DNA of 64,000 nt from Bacteroidota bacterium (GCA_039024435.1 JBCCQH010000011.1:11940-75939), one strand, 5' to 3'. Shown: positions 16,845-26,942, counted from the first letter of the stretch. Numbers and translations: made by a program. The notes: a model not told the origin generated them from the sequence alone.

Positions 16845-19800
16845 TCACTGATGGCTATGCCCCGTGCAACCGCACTTGCCTTCGATGAAGCTTTGGGTTT
16901 CTTCGTGCCAGGGGAAGTTGTCGTTGCCGCGGGCGAGCTCCCAGAAGAAAGGCTGCCGCTTGCGCGGGCGATTGCCGATTTCGTCCATCGTTGCCGCATC
17001 GTACAGCCGACCGTTCATCATCACCATATTCACCGATTCGGTGTGGCGGATGTTGTCCAAGGGGTTTTTGTCCAACACCACCAAATCGGCGAGCTTGCCC
17101 GGCTCCAGTGAGCCGATGTCCTGGTCCATCCCAATATACTCGGCGCCCCAGAGCGTGCCCGCCCGCAAAGCTTCGTGGTTCGTGAAGCCGCCTTGCTGAA
17201 TCATCCAGAGCTCCCAGTGCGCCCCCAAACCATGCAACTGCCCGTGGGCGCCCAACTGCACCTTGGTGCCCCCATCGGCAATCTTTTTTGCGCCTTCTGC
17301 ATTGCCAAAGTGCCCAAAATCATCGTCCGGAATCATCATCCGGCGCATCGAGCGCGAATCAATGATCCGCCGCGGATAGTAAGTCAGCAAGCGTTCATTT
17401 TTCCAGACCTCCGTCTTCTGATACCAATAGTTTTCGCCCCAGATTCCACCGTAACCCACGATCAAGGTCGGCGTGTAACCCGTCTTGGAGCCGCCCCAGA
17501 ACTTGACCACATCGTCGTATACGGGATACACCGGAATAGAATGCTCCACTCCGGTGTGGCCATCCTGAATCATAGTCATGTTGTGGTAGAAAAACGATCC
17601 CCCCTCGGGATAGACCATCATTTCCAGTTCGCGGGCAGCCTGCATGACTTGCTGCCGCTGGTTGCGACGGGGCTGGTTGTAGCTTTTGACGGAAAATGCC
17701 CCCACCGCTTTCATGCGCCGCAGGTGGGAACGGGCATCGTCCAAGCTGTTCACCACCGCCTTAAAATCGCCATCCGCCCCGTAGAGGATCGTCCCCGTCG
17801 AATAAATCCGCGGTCCGACGAGCAAACCCGCCTTGACCATTTCGCTCTGCGTAAACACCATTTCCGTGTTCGAGCTGGGATCGTGGGTCGTGGTGACCCC
17901 GTAGGCAACACTTGCGTGGTAGGACCACTGCTGCTGCGGCGAAATCCCGTTCCAACTGTTGCCCAAATGCGCGTGGACGTCCACCAGGCCGGGAATGATC
18001 GTTTTACCGCTGGCATCCACTTCAAAGGCGTCCTTGGGCAGTTTGACTTCCCCGGAAGCCCCCACCGCTACGATGCGATTGCCTTCTACCACCAGATCAC
18101 CGTTTTCGAAAATTTCGTCGCCTTTCATCGTTACGATCCGTGCGCCCTTGAACACAACCTTGCCTTCCGGCACGTCCGTCGTAAGGGTCAGGCCCACATT
18201 GATGCCCACACTGTCCACCGGCGGGAGACTGTCCGGACTCCCCGGCAAAAAGGTAAAGCACGCGTCCAGCTCCCGCTGGAAATACTCCGCACCGAGCATC
18301 CAGTGCAGCGCCTTGCTGTCCCCCGACCAGTGCAGACTGGTGCCCGCATCGCGCGTCACCCGAAAAACCGGATAGCTTTTGGAACTTTTGTTCAGGTCCA
18401 CGGCCTTGCCCGTCTGGGGAAATGCCGCTACGTAAGCATTGTACAGCTCAGTAAATGCAATCCAGTTGCCGTCGGGACTCGGCACAAAATCGCGGGCGTA
18501 CTTGGCGGAAAAGTGCTTCTTTTCCCCATTGCCGTCCAGATCAACACTCTTAAAGGACTTCCGGAGGCCGCCCCCATCGGTAAAGAAGATGCGCTTTCCG
18601 TCGGGGCTGAAAAAGGGATTGTAGCCGTGATCGATCACCCGCTTGATCTGCTGATCGGCTACGTGGTACACGTACAGACCGGTCCGGGTCGAGTGGGCGT
18701 AACCGAGCTGAGTCGTCCCGGAACCTCGCTCAAAAACGATCATTTTGCCGTCCGCCGAGAAGCGGGGACTGCGGTAAAATCCTTTTTCCGTGCTGATGAC
18801 CGATTTACTGCCACTCGTGAGGTCGTGCAGCACCACCGCACCGTGCGCCTCATCCCTCCAGGTGGTGTAGACCAGTTGGTCACCGGAGGGCGAAAACGCG
18901 GGATAATATTCGTGCTGCGCCGCATCAGCATTCAATCGTTCCGGTTTCCCTTTGGGCAGCTTTTTCTGGTAAAGGTGCCCCACCGCACTAAAAACCAAAG
19001 TTTTTCCGTCCGGCGAGGTCGTTGCGTGCCGAATCATCTTTGCGTTGAAGGTTTTTGGGCTGACCTCTTGCGGGAACTTGACCGCTTCAGCAATCGTGTG
19101 CTTGACTGCGGCTTCAAAAGGGATGTTTTTTGCTTCGAGGGATTCGAGGCTGACCCGCCAAAATTTCCCCTCCGCGTAAATCACAACTTCCCGGCTGTCC
19201 GGCATCCACTGGAAGCCCGGATACACGCCAAAAGTCGCCCAGGTCTCTTGCTGGTCTTTCACCAAGCGATCAAAAATGGGAAACTCCTCCCCCGTCGCCA
19301 AATCACGGATGTAAAGCACCGATTTCAGGCGGACCCGCCGCACAAAAGCCAAGTATTTTCCGTCCGGGGACGGCTGCGGCCGTACCGCACCGCCCGGTCC
19401 GCCCGTCACCGCCTCCAGCTCACCCGACTTGAGGTCGTAGCGGCGAATCGCGTAAATCTGCCCGTGCGGATTTTTGTTGTAGGTAAAGTATCCCGCACCA
19501 TCCATGTCCTCGCTGAAGTAGACATACTGGCCATCCGGCGAAAAAATCGGCTCTCCAGCATCCTGCTGGTCGTTTTTCCGCTTGGTGAGCTGCATTCCCG
19601 CCCCACCCGTGATGTGGTACATCCACATTTCACCGGCTCCCAGCGACCGCGTTCCCGTGTAGTGCTTGCGCGCCACAAAGTAATCCCCCGAGGGATGCCA
19701 GGACGCATTGTTGAGGAGGCGGAAGTTTTCCTTGGTGATCTGCTTCTTGTCCGAGCCATCCCGGCCCATGATCCAGATATTGTCCGCTCCCCCCCGATCC

Positions 19801-20126
19801 GAAGTAAACAGCAATTGCTCACCGTCGGGACTGAAACGCGGTTGCACCTCCCAGGCCATTCCCCGGGCAATGCAGCGGGCTTTGCCCCCGGAAATCGGCA
19901 TGGTGTAGATATCTCCCAGCAAATCAAAGGCGATTTCCTTGCCATCCGGACTCACGTCCAGATTCATCCAGGTGCCTTCATCGGTGGTAAATTCAAGTTC
20001 CGAGGCCGGACCGTGGGGATCATCCACGTTCCATTTTTCGTCCTTCTGGGCCATGCCCGTGAGCGGCAACCACAATCCGGCCGCCAACAGAAATGCGCCT
20101 ATCCAGCGCGAAGTCGAGTACTTCAT
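16845..20126 (-). CDS. PD40/TolB-like beta-propeller + amidohydrolase family protein
   Basis: Signal peptide; many SPDG repeats; PGLVDVHAH, GAHGQ, GSLEPGKLADLVVL; C-terminal CGCTGHSH. Confidence 0.92.
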   Translation of the reverse strand: MKYSTSRWIGAFLLAAGLWLPLTGMAQKDEKWNVDDPHGPASELEFTTDEGTWMNLDVSPDGKEIAFDLLGDIYTMPISGGKARCIARGMAWEVQPRFSPDGEQLLFTSDRGGADNIWIMGRDGSDKKQITKENFRLLNNASWHPSGDYFVARKHYTGTRSLGAGEMWMYHITGGAGMQLTKRKNDQQDAGEPIFSPDGQYVYFSEDMDGAGYFTYNKNPHGQIYAIRRYDLKSGELEAVTGGPGGAVRPQPSPDGKYLAFVRRVRLKSVLYIRDLATGEEFPIFDRLVKDQQETWATFGVYPGFQWMPDSREVVIYAEGKFWRVSLESLEAKNIPFEAAVKHTIAEAVKFPQEVSPKTFNAKMIRHATTSPDGKTLVFSAVGHLYQKKLPKGKPERLNADAAQHEYYPAFSPSGDQLVYTTWRDEAHGAVVLHDLTSGSKSVISTEKGFYRSPRFSADGKMIVFERGSGTTQLGYAHSTRTGLYVYHVADQQIKRVIDHGYNPFFSPDGKRIFFTDGGGLRKSFKSVDLDGNGEKKHFSAKYARDFVPSPDGNWIAFTELYNAYVAAFPQTGKAVDLNKSSKSYPVFRVTRDAGTSLHWSGDSKALHWMLGAEYFQRELDACFTFLPGSPDSLPPVDSVGINVGLTLTTDVPEGKVVFKGARIVTMKGDEIFENGDLVVEGNRIVAVGASGEVKLPKDAFEVDASGKTIIPGLVDVHAHLGNSWNGISPQQQWSYHASVAYGVTTTHDPSSNTEMVFTQSEMVKAGLLVGPRIYSTGTILYGADGDFKAVVNSLDDARSHLRRMKAVGAFSVKSYNQPRRNQRQQVMQAARELEMMVYPEGGSFFYHNMTMIQDGHTGVEHSIPVYPVYDDVVKFWGGSKTGYTPTLIVGYGGIWGENYWYQKTEVWKNERLLTYYPRRIIDSRSMRRMMIPDDDFGHFGNAEGAKKIADGGTKVQLGAHGQLHGLGAHWELWMIQQGGFTNHEALRAGTLWGAEYIGMDQDIGSLEPGKLADLVVLDKNPLDNIRHTESVNMVMMNGRLYDAATMDEIGNRPRKRQPFFWELARGNDNFPWHEETQSFIEGKCGCTGHSHQ

Positions 20127-20303
20127 CCCGTGCATATTTTTGAATTCCCCGCAAGGTATAGCGCAATCGGGCGTTTTGCAATTCTCGCTAGTCGTCGGGG
20201 GAGGTTGGTTTCCCCCGCCCTCTTGTACCCGCTCCTTGTACAGCAATAGTTTTCCTCTCCTACCGTTCACCGGATCGTCTTCACCTTCCTTACCTTTGCC
20301 CCC

Positions 20304-20954
20304 ATGCAAGCCGCAATCTTCGACATGGACGGCCTCCTGGTCGATACCGAACCGTTTTGGCAGGATGCCGAACTCAAAGTATTTCCCACCGTAGGGGTGC
20401 CTCTGCAACGCAAGATGTGCCTGGCAACCATCGGATTGCGCATCGACGAAGTGGTCGCCCACTGGTACGCGCAGTACCCCTGGACCGGCAAGTCCCAGGA
20501 ACAGGTCGCCCAGGAAATTCTGGAAGAAGTCGCCGCCGCGGTTCGGGAACGCGGTACGCTGCTTTCGGGCGCCCGGGAAGCCATTGACTTGGCGCGGAAT
20601 CAGGGCTTGCGCACAGCCCTGGCGTCATCGAGTGCCAAGTACCTGATCCGAAACGTCCTTCAAACCTTTGATCTGGAAGATGAATTCGAAATGTTCCGTT
20701 CCGCCGAAGACGATGCCTACGGCAAACCCCACCCCGCCGTCTTCCTCCGAACCGCCGCCGACCTCGGCATTCACCCGACCCAGTGTGTCGTCCTCGAAGA
20801 TTCCTACCATGGACTGCTAGCCGCCAAAGCCGCCCGGATGCGCGCCATCGCCGTTCCCGAAGCCCACAGTGCCCAAGATCCCCGCTTTGTGATCGCCGAT
20901 GTCCGCCTGACCAATCTGACCGAATTGACCGGGGCTCACCTGACCGGCCTGTAA
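20304..20954 (+). CDS. HAD phosphatase, hexitol phosphatase HxpB/YniC-like
   Basis: FDMDGLLVDTEP, ALASSS, GKPHPAVF, LEDS. Confidence 0.88.
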   Translation: MQAAIFDMDGLLVDTEPFWQDAELKVFPTVGVPLQRKMCLATIGLRIDEVVAHWYAQYPWTGKSQEQVAQEILEEVAAAVRERGTLLSGAREAIDLARNQGLRTALASSSAKYLIRNVLQTFDLEDEFEMFRSAEDDAYGKPHPAVFLRTAADLGIHPTQCVVLEDSYHGLLAAKAARMRAIAVPEAHSAQDPRFVIADVRLTNLTELTGAHLTGL

Positions 20955-21073
20955 CTCCCCACTTGCACCGTCCACCGAAATCCCCTTGTACCGCCCACTT
21001 GCAGTGTCACTGCTTCTCCTCCACGTCGCTTTTGCGACACGAGGCCAAAATTTAAATGCTAAACTTTTTATAA

Positions 21074-21096
21074 TAATAGTTTTACTATTATATTTG
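21074..21096 (+). promoter_or_regulatory. Palindrome TAATAGT-TTT-ACTATTA overlapping a TATATTTG -7 box
   Basis: Perfect 7-bp arms at 21074-21090; -7 box at 21089-21096. Confidence 0.6.
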
Positions 21097-21102
21097 CATT
21101 AG

Positions 21103-21281
21103 TTACAATCCAAACCAATAGCAAACTACCAGATGGCGACTGCTCCACTTGGTCGCCTTTCTGACGCGAGTGGTGGCAACACGCCGCGAGTAACAATAGA
21201 GGATATATATGTTCAAGTAGTTTGGTTTATCAATCATGACGTTTTTTCGGTCGCTCTCTTCCCCGGGCGGCCGCTTTTTTT
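21103..21281 (+). ncRNA. Candidate sRNA (about 180 nt)
   Basis: Consensus -7 box upstream; internal hairpin GGCGACT..GGTCGCC; terminator CGGTCGCTC..GGGCGGCCG then T7; the ORF from 21133 would run through this terminator. Confidence 0.4.
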
Positions 21282-21297
21282 CCAATATGTCTATGAA

Positions 21298-21410
21298 GGG
21301 CGGCTACCGACACTCCACCGAGGCGTCGGCACCAGGCTGTTCCGGGAGTTCGCGGGGCTCCGTCCCGCCGTACCGGCGCGACCCCGGCCCCTCCCATCCT
21401 TGCCGCAAGG
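21298..21410 (-). repeat. Structured dispersed repeat, copy 1 (Flavo-1/Acido-Lenti-1-like RNA candidate)
   Basis: 47-bp core CGTCGGCACCAGGCTGTTCCGGGAGTTCGCGGGGCTCCGTCCCGCCG and 19-bp CCCTCCCATCCTTGCCGCA identical in three copies; strand assigned by resemblance only. Confidence 0.75.
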
Positions 21411-21691
21411 ATAAATTTCCAATTCGCGGAGAGAATTTCCAATTGCTTGATTTCCGATTTCCAATTCGCGCGTTTGGAACGCGCAATCAACAAAATTTAA
21501 AACCGATTTCTTCCCGTAGCCGTGCGGGATCACGCACGGCGAGGGATTGCCCGGGAAGATTCTTCAATTTCCGAGGTCCACGGGGTTGCAGCCAGAGGGG
21601 CAGGCAATCGGGCGCGCAACCAAATTTTCCCATTCTCAAGCCCCAAATCGCGATCAATTTTGATGTTTTTCGCCGACGCTTCCGCAAATAG

Positions 21692-21706
21692 ATAGTAAAA
21701 CTATTA
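21692..21706. promoter_or_regulatory. Operator ATAGTAAAACTATTA upstream of the icd promoter
   Basis: 15-bp match to the reverse complement of 21074-21088; icd -7 box TAGATTTG at 21737-21744. Confidence 0.5.
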
Positions 21707-21777
21707 TCGAGGTTTATTAAACATCCCATTTTCCGTTAGATTTGCAAAAAACTTACTTTACAAATACCATCGTACCA

Positions 21778-23244
21778 ATGCAAAAGATACCAGTAACAGT
21801 AGCATACGGCGACGGGATCGGTCCGGAGATCATGGAAGCCACCCTCCGCATCATGGAAGCTGCGGGCGCCCAGCTCGACACCGAAGTTGTGGAAATCGGG
21901 GAAAAGGTCTATCGCTCTGGTCACACCTCGGGCATCAAACCGGAAGCTTGGGATTCGCTTCGCCGCACGAAGGTCTTCCTGAAAGCACCGATCACGACAC
22001 CCCAAGGCGGCGGCTACAAAAGCCTCAACGTCACGGTTCGCAAGACGATGGGACTGTTTGCCAATATTCGCCCCTGCCGGGCATTGCACCCGTTCGTGCC
22101 TTCCAAGCATCCTCTCATGGATCTGGTTGTCATCCGGGAAAATGAGGAGGACCTCTACGCCGGGATCGAGCACCAGCAAACCACCGACGTAACCCAGTGC
22201 CTCAAACTGATCACCCGCCCGGGTTGTGAGCGCATCGTCCGCTACGCCTTCGAATACGCCCGCACCTACGGCCGCAAAAAGGTGACCTGCATGATCAAGG
22301 ACAATATCATGAAGATCACCGATGGTCTCTTCCACTCGGTTTTCAAAGAAATCGGTCAGGAATACCCCGATATCGAGCAGGAATCAAAAATCATCGACAT
22401 CGGCTCCGCCCTGCTGGCCGACCGCCCGCAAAATTTTGATGTCGTGGTCACCACCAACCTGTACGGCGACGTCATTTCTGACATTACTGCCCAGATCGCC
22501 GGTTCGGTAGGACTCGCCGGCTCCTCCAACATCGGTGAGCACCTCGCCATGTTTGAAGCCATCCACGGCTCGGCCCCCGACATCGCGGGCCAGGGCATCG
22601 CCAATCCCTCCGGTCTTCTCAACGGCGCGCTGCTCATGCTCGCCCACATCGGGCAAGGTGACATCGCCGATAAAATCCAAAACGCTTGGTTGCGCACCCT
22701 CGAAGACGGCATCCACACCGGTGACATCTACGAAGAAGGCGTCAGCCAGGAACGTGTCGGTACCCAAGGCTTCGCCGATGCGGTCATCGCCCGCCTCGAT
22801 CAGGCCCCCCAGACCCTCAAGGCCAATAGCTTTGCCGGCAGCAAGCCGATTGCCATCCCGGGTTACGAACGTGAGAAAAAAGAAAAGACCCTCGTGGGCT
22901 GCGACGTATTCGTCGATTGGCAAGGGGACTCCGCCGACGAGATCGGGCAAAAGCTGGAAAGCCTCACCGGCCCGGATATCAAGCTCAAGATGATCACCAA
23001 CCGCGGCGTAAAAGTCTATCCGAACGGTTTCCCGGAGACCTTCTGCACCGACCACTGGCGCTGCCGCTTTATTTCCGCCAAAGCCGAAAAACTGGACGAT
23101 GGCTGGAAATACCCGGTTCTGAACTTCAAACAGGTCCTCGAACTGCAAAACCGCCTCAACGACGGCCAGGTCGACGTGATCAAAACGGAAAACCTCTACG
23201 AATTCGATGGAGAACGCGCTTTCTCCCTCGGACAAGGGGAATAA
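21778..23244 (+). CDS. icd: NADP-dependent isocitrate dehydrogenase
   Basis: GDGIGPEI, KAPITTPQGGGYKSLNV, RENEEDLYAG, NLYGDVISD, FEAIHGSAPDIAG, ITNRGVKV. Confidence 0.96.
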   Translation: MQKIPVTVAYGDGIGPEIMEATLRIMEAAGAQLDTEVVEIGEKVYRSGHTSGIKPEAWDSLRRTKVFLKAPITTPQGGGYKSLNVTVRKTMGLFANIRPCRALHPFVPSKHPLMDLVVIRENEEDLYAGIEHQQTTDVTQCLKLITRPGCERIVRYAFEYARTYGRKKVTCMIKDNIMKITDGLFHSVFKEIGQEYPDIEQESKIIDIGSALLADRPQNFDVVVTTNLYGDVISDITAQIAGSVGLAGSSNIGEHLAMFEAIHGSAPDIAGQGIANPSGLLNGALLMLAHIGQGDIADKIQNAWLRTLEDGIHTGDIYEEGVSQERVGTQGFADAVIARLDQAPQTLKANSFAGSKPIAIPGYEREKKEKTLVGCDVFVDWQGDSADEIGQKLESLTGPDIKLKMITNRGVKVYPNGFPETFCTDHWRCRFISAKAEKLDDGWKYPVLNFKQVLELQNRLNDGQVDVIKTENLYEFDGERAFSLGQGE

Positions 23245-23266
23245 AAATACCGCCCAGACATGAAGC

Positions 23267-23299
23267 AAAGCGCCGCTCGGATTTCCGCGCGGCGCTTTT
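23267..23299. terminator. Terminator between convergent icd and PASTA genes
   Basis: AAAGCGCCGC...GCGGCGCTTTT hairpin. Confidence 0.7.
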
Positions 23300-23321
23300 G
23301 TATTGTTTCTGAATGCAGCGA

Positions 23322-24275
23322 TCAATCAGAGCCTCGGGAAGCGGGGACGTCCGCCTTGGAACTGGTGTCGGTAGGGAGGGACATGTCAAGCGTCGGACTT
23401 CGGCCTTCGGTGCGGCTCCGCGAAACCTTCTCCTTGGCGGTGCCACCGGATCCATCGGCGTCTTCCTGTTCCGAATCGCTCTCAATCCCAAAAATCATCT
23501 CTTCCAGGCCCTCCTCCGGTTCTTTGCCGGAAATGAACAGGTCGACTTCGGAGCCGAGCTTGATCGAGTCGCCCGGAATAAACTTGGGATTTTGCCGGGT
23601 GACGGTATAGTCTTCTTCGGGCGCATCTGGCAGGAAGCGGATCACCCCGACATTCAGACCGGCCCGGTGCAGCATTCCAATCGCGGTTTGGTAGTTTTCA
23701 CCGACCAACTCAGGAATGTCGACGCGTTGTTCGCCTTGCCCCTTGCCTACGCGCAGCACGATCTTGCTGTATTTGGGAAGGGTGTCCCCTTCGCTGAGGC
23801 GTTTGCCTTTGAAGAAGGCCGCCAACACGAGATTTTTGTATTGGTGGGGCACGTATTCCATCTTCTCAATGACGAGGTTGGCGCCTTCCAGGCGCAGCTT
23901 GGCTTGGTACTGAGAGACGCCCTCCACGTCGGGGAGGGTGACCATCGGGGGGAGAACCTTGTTGACGGTGAGGTAGATGCGGCGGCCCGGTTTGACCTTG
24001 CTGAATCCAAGGGGATCCTGGGCCAGAATTGTCATCGGCGGCAGACCGCTCTTGTAGTGGGAATCGACCACTTCGTAGCGCAATCCGATTTCGTCCAGTT
24101 TGCCTTCTGCGTCATCGAGCGCCAGTTCGGTCACTTCCGGAACGAGCACCGACTCACCGTGATTGGTGTAATTGGGCAAAAAGACAAAGAAAAAGAGGAC
24201 GTAAGTTGCCCCCCCGAGCAGGACCAGCCCCAGAATGGTGAACCAGAACTCTCTGGATTTGAGGTATCTCCACAT
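23322..24275 (-). CDS. PASTA domain-containing protein
   Basis: N-terminal TM, YTNHGE, three PASTA repeats (VP/LPDV.G...A...L...GL). Confidence 0.9.
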   Translation of the reverse strand: MWRYLKSREFWFTILGLVLLGGATYVLFFFVFLPNYTNHGESVLVPEVTELALDDAEGKLDEIGLRYEVVDSHYKSGLPPMTILAQDPLGFSKVKPGRRIYLTVNKVLPPMVTLPDVEGVSQYQAKLRLEGANLVIEKMEYVPHQYKNLVLAAFFKGKRLSEGDTLPKYSKIVLRVGKGQGEQRVDIPELVGENYQTAIGMLHRAGLNVGVIRFLPDAPEEDYTVTRQNPKFIPGDSIKLGSEVDLFISGKEPEEGLEEMIFGIESDSEQEDADGSGGTAKEKVSRSRTEGRSPTLDMSLPTDTSSKADVPASRGSD

Positions 24276-24507
24276 AGAGACAAAAGTAGTTAAAATGCTA
24301 GATAATTTATCGGTTTGTGCTCGGGCGGCCCCGGGAAGTTTCCACAGGGTATTCCACAAGGGAACTCATGATGTGAGTACGCATCTGGAGGGATATGGTT
24401 GGCGGAAGTTGGGTGGGAGGCAAACCGCGGCTGACCATTCCGGGTTACTTGGACCAAATGTGCTGACCAGGTTCAAATTTGGGGTTCAGGCGAAGTGGCT
24501 TTACTTA

Positions 24508-24669
24508 GAAGCGGTTTAAATTCAACCCTGTGATTTTCCTACGGCATCTTTTTCCGCCCCTCTTCAGCTATTTTCTCGCCCATAGCTTTGGCTGTGGACT
24601 CCAAGATGAGCTTCGATGGACAAAAAAATCTGCGCCAGCAAATCTCACAAACCAATTTTGAACCGCCTC
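24508..24669. mobile_element. 162-bp MITE, second full copy, TTA target duplication
   Basis: TTA|GAAGCGGTTTAAATT...AATTTTGAACCGCCTC|TTA; colinear with 12032-12193. Confidence 0.8.
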
Positions 24670-24803
24670 TTACCGAAAGAACAAGAAATTTGTTCTATGT
24701 AGTGGTTGGGATCGGGCGCCTACGGCGAACAAATTTCCGGACGCGGGCGGTGAATCCCCAAACACCGCTTGGGCCGAAAGGCCCTCCCTGATCAATGCCG
24801 CCC

Positions 24804-25802
24804 TCAAAATCGACAATCGCTCGTGACCATGGCCTGCACCAAGCTTACCAAAAGGTGCTGGCGCCGGTCCAGGATGCGCTGCCTGAAGCGGCTAAGGAGC
24901 GGCTGCTTTGCCCAAATCAAAGGGGTGTGGTGGCGCCACCCGGCATCGGAGCCGGCACATGCTTGTAAGTTGCGCGCGATCCGGGGCAGATTTCCCGGTA
25001 TTTGGGCCGGCAATTCACTCACCAGGCGCAAGGTTGCCCGATAGAGCGCCCGCAGATCTTCCTCCCGCCCGATGGCCCGGGGATCGATCTCGTCCAATGG
25101 ATCGCTGGGGGGCACGGCGGGCAGGGCTTGCTCGCTGTAGCGCAGGATGCGTTGGGTGCGGGTCAAAGCGCCGAACAGCGTGGCCATTGGGGCCAGGATC
25201 GCCCCCGGATTGGGGGGCAAGGGCGATGTGCTCGGGAGTCCCACCACCGCCAATTCGATCAGCGGATCGATGCGGGACTCCTCGATCTGGGGGCGCAGGC
25301 GATGAAGGGTGGTCCGGGCACGCTCCCGCCAGACCGGATGGAGGTCTACCGGGAACGGATGGCATACATCGGCGGGGGCCAATCCCTGCCGCAAGTGGTG
25401 CAAGCCGCGGTGGGCATTGGCGAGTAAATGCTGCCGGAAGGTGCCTTCGGGGCCGTCTTCCGGCAGTTTGGGGGGGGCTTCCCAGGCGGGAGACGCAGGA
25501 GTCGGGATGGGAAAACTCCGCTCTCCCCCATCGATTTCCAGCAGCTCACGAATGCGGGATTGGGGAGTAGCGTAGACCTGTAAAAAATCGGCATTTTTCT
25601 TGACTTTATAGCCCGCACCCAGATGCGCGGAAAGTTGGGCAACCAGCTCGGACGGTTCATCGGCTCCAATTGGGGCGACGAGTTCGGACCGGCGCAGCGC
25701 GAGATCGGCTAGCTCATCGGCGGGGGGGACGATCCACCGCGGGTGGACCTCCGGGTGGTGCCGGGCAAAAAAAGCGCGGGTGCGGACAGCGAGGTTCACC
25801 AA
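24804..25802 (-). CDS. Hypothetical protein
   Basis: 332 aa ORF overlapping the end of the upstream gene (operon-like); no recognised motif. Confidence 0.55.
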   Translation of the reverse strand: MVNLAVRTRAFFARHHPEVHPRWIVPPADELADLALRRSELVAPIGADEPSELVAQLSAHLGAGYKVKKNADFLQVYATPQSRIRELLEIDGGERSFPIPTPASPAWEAPPKLPEDGPEGTFRQHLLANAHRGLHHLRQGLAPADVCHPFPVDLHPVWRERARTTLHRLRPQIEESRIDPLIELAVVGLPSTSPLPPNPGAILAPMATLFGALTRTQRILRYSEQALPAVPPSDPLDEIDPRAIGREEDLRALYRATLRLVSELPAQIPGNLPRIARNLQACAGSDAGWRHHTPLIWAKQPLLSRFRQRILDRRQHLLVSLVQAMVTSDCRF

Positions 25803-26452
25803 TGGAGGTGTTTTTGCAGGAAAGCAAATCCCAGCTCAATGCCCAGATAGACCCGCAAGCCTTGCAGTGCCTGGCCGAAAAAGGGGAAGTCGTACCAATT
25901 CTGGACGATATTTGCGCGGTCGATTGCGCCCCGCCGGTCGATGTTGTCCAGCATGTAGTATTCCAAGCCGCCCATGAAGCCATAGGCAAAATTCTTCTTG
26001 GGTCCGTACAGCCATTGGTAGCCGACCGTCCCGCCAAATCCCATCTGCCAATAGCTGACCTTGGAGGTAATCTGCAACTCCGGGCTGTAGTTGTGGACCC
26101 AGAGGTTGCGCCAACCGGCCATCGCCTGGACAAAGAAGCCTTGGGGGGATTTTTCCTGGGGAAAGAAATAGCGGCGCGCACCCACTCGCAACCCGATCCC
26201 ATAATATTTTTGGGGAATGTCGGGCTTTCCGAAGCGGTCATTTGCCCGACCACGCCACTGGTGGTGGTAGCCATTTGGCGCGATGTAGATAAAGTAATCC
26301 CGCCAGATTCGATGCTCTACCGACACGCGCAGTTCTTTGAACAAACCGGAGGCCGGATCTACTTTGAACAGGCGTTGTTTGCGAAACTGTCCTTTTGCTC
26401 CGCCAAACAACACCACCAGCAACAGCGGCAACAAGATTGTTCTCTTCATCAT
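25796..26452 (-). CDS. Outer-membrane beta-barrel protein (DUF3575-like)
   Basis: Signal peptide; RRYF, VGYQW, alternating beta-strand pattern, C-terminal LGFAF. Confidence 0.7.
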   Translation of the reverse strand: MMKRTILLPLLLVVLFGGAKGQFRKQRLFKVDPASGLFKELRVSVEHRIWRDYFIYIAPNGYHHQWRGRANDRFGKPDIPQKYYGIGLRVGARRYFFPQEKSPQGFFVQAMAGWRNLWVHNYSPELQITSKVSYWQMGFGGTVGYQWLYGPKKNFAYGFMGGLEYYMLDNIDRRGAIDRANIVQNWYDFPFFGQALQGLRVYLGIELGFAFLQKHLHW

Positions 26453-26691
26453 TTAAAGATAGAGAATTTCCGATTATCTGATTTTCGATTTCTGATTGGC
26501 GCACTTCGAGCGCGCACCCTACAATTAACTCAACTGATCGCGAAACCTGATTTCTTCCCGGAGCTACGGGGATTCAAATCGACAAGTTCGGATGAATTAC
26601 GATCAAGGAAGCCCACGATTTCAATCGCAATTGCCCATAGGCAGATAACCAGGGCAATAGAATCCGCAAAAAGCGCCCAACCTGATCTCTT

Positions 26692-26805
26692 TCCTGCGGC
26701 AAGGATGGGAGGGACATGGGTCCCGCCGGACCGGCGGGACGGAGCCCCGCGAACTCCCGGAACAGCCTGGTGCCGACGGGTCCGGACCCGGTCGGTAGCC
26801 GCCCC
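26692..26805 (+). repeat. Structured dispersed repeat, copy 2 (inverted relative to copy 1)
   Basis: Reverse complement of the 47-bp and 19-bp cores. Confidence 0.75.
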
Positions 26806-26942
26806 GAGCACACGTCCAAGCAACCAAAAGTCCCTTCCGCACGGGATCGTAGCCGCCGGCTACACTTCGTCCGGGGAAAATTTCCTCTCTCTTCCTGGGT
26901 GGAATTGAAAATTGGAGAGATTTCCATCGGAAATTCTCTGCC

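Noticed and set aside
17175-20249. 1024-aa ORF on the plus strand
   Set aside because: Antisense shadow of the amidohydrolase gene; no motifs; typical of GC-rich codon bias
20127-20462. Longer N-terminal extension of the amidohydrolase ORF
   Set aside because: Overlaps the divergent HAD gene; the signal peptide begins at MKYSTS (20126)
21030-21050. TTTTGCGACACGAGGCCAAAA as a fourth copy of the TGACA palindrome
   Set aside because: Shares GACACGAGG but lacks the TGTCA arm and a correctly spaced -7 box
21133-21414. 93-aa ORF after the 21089 promoter
   Set aside because: Runs through a terminator and into a dispersed repeat; treated as an sRNA candidate instead
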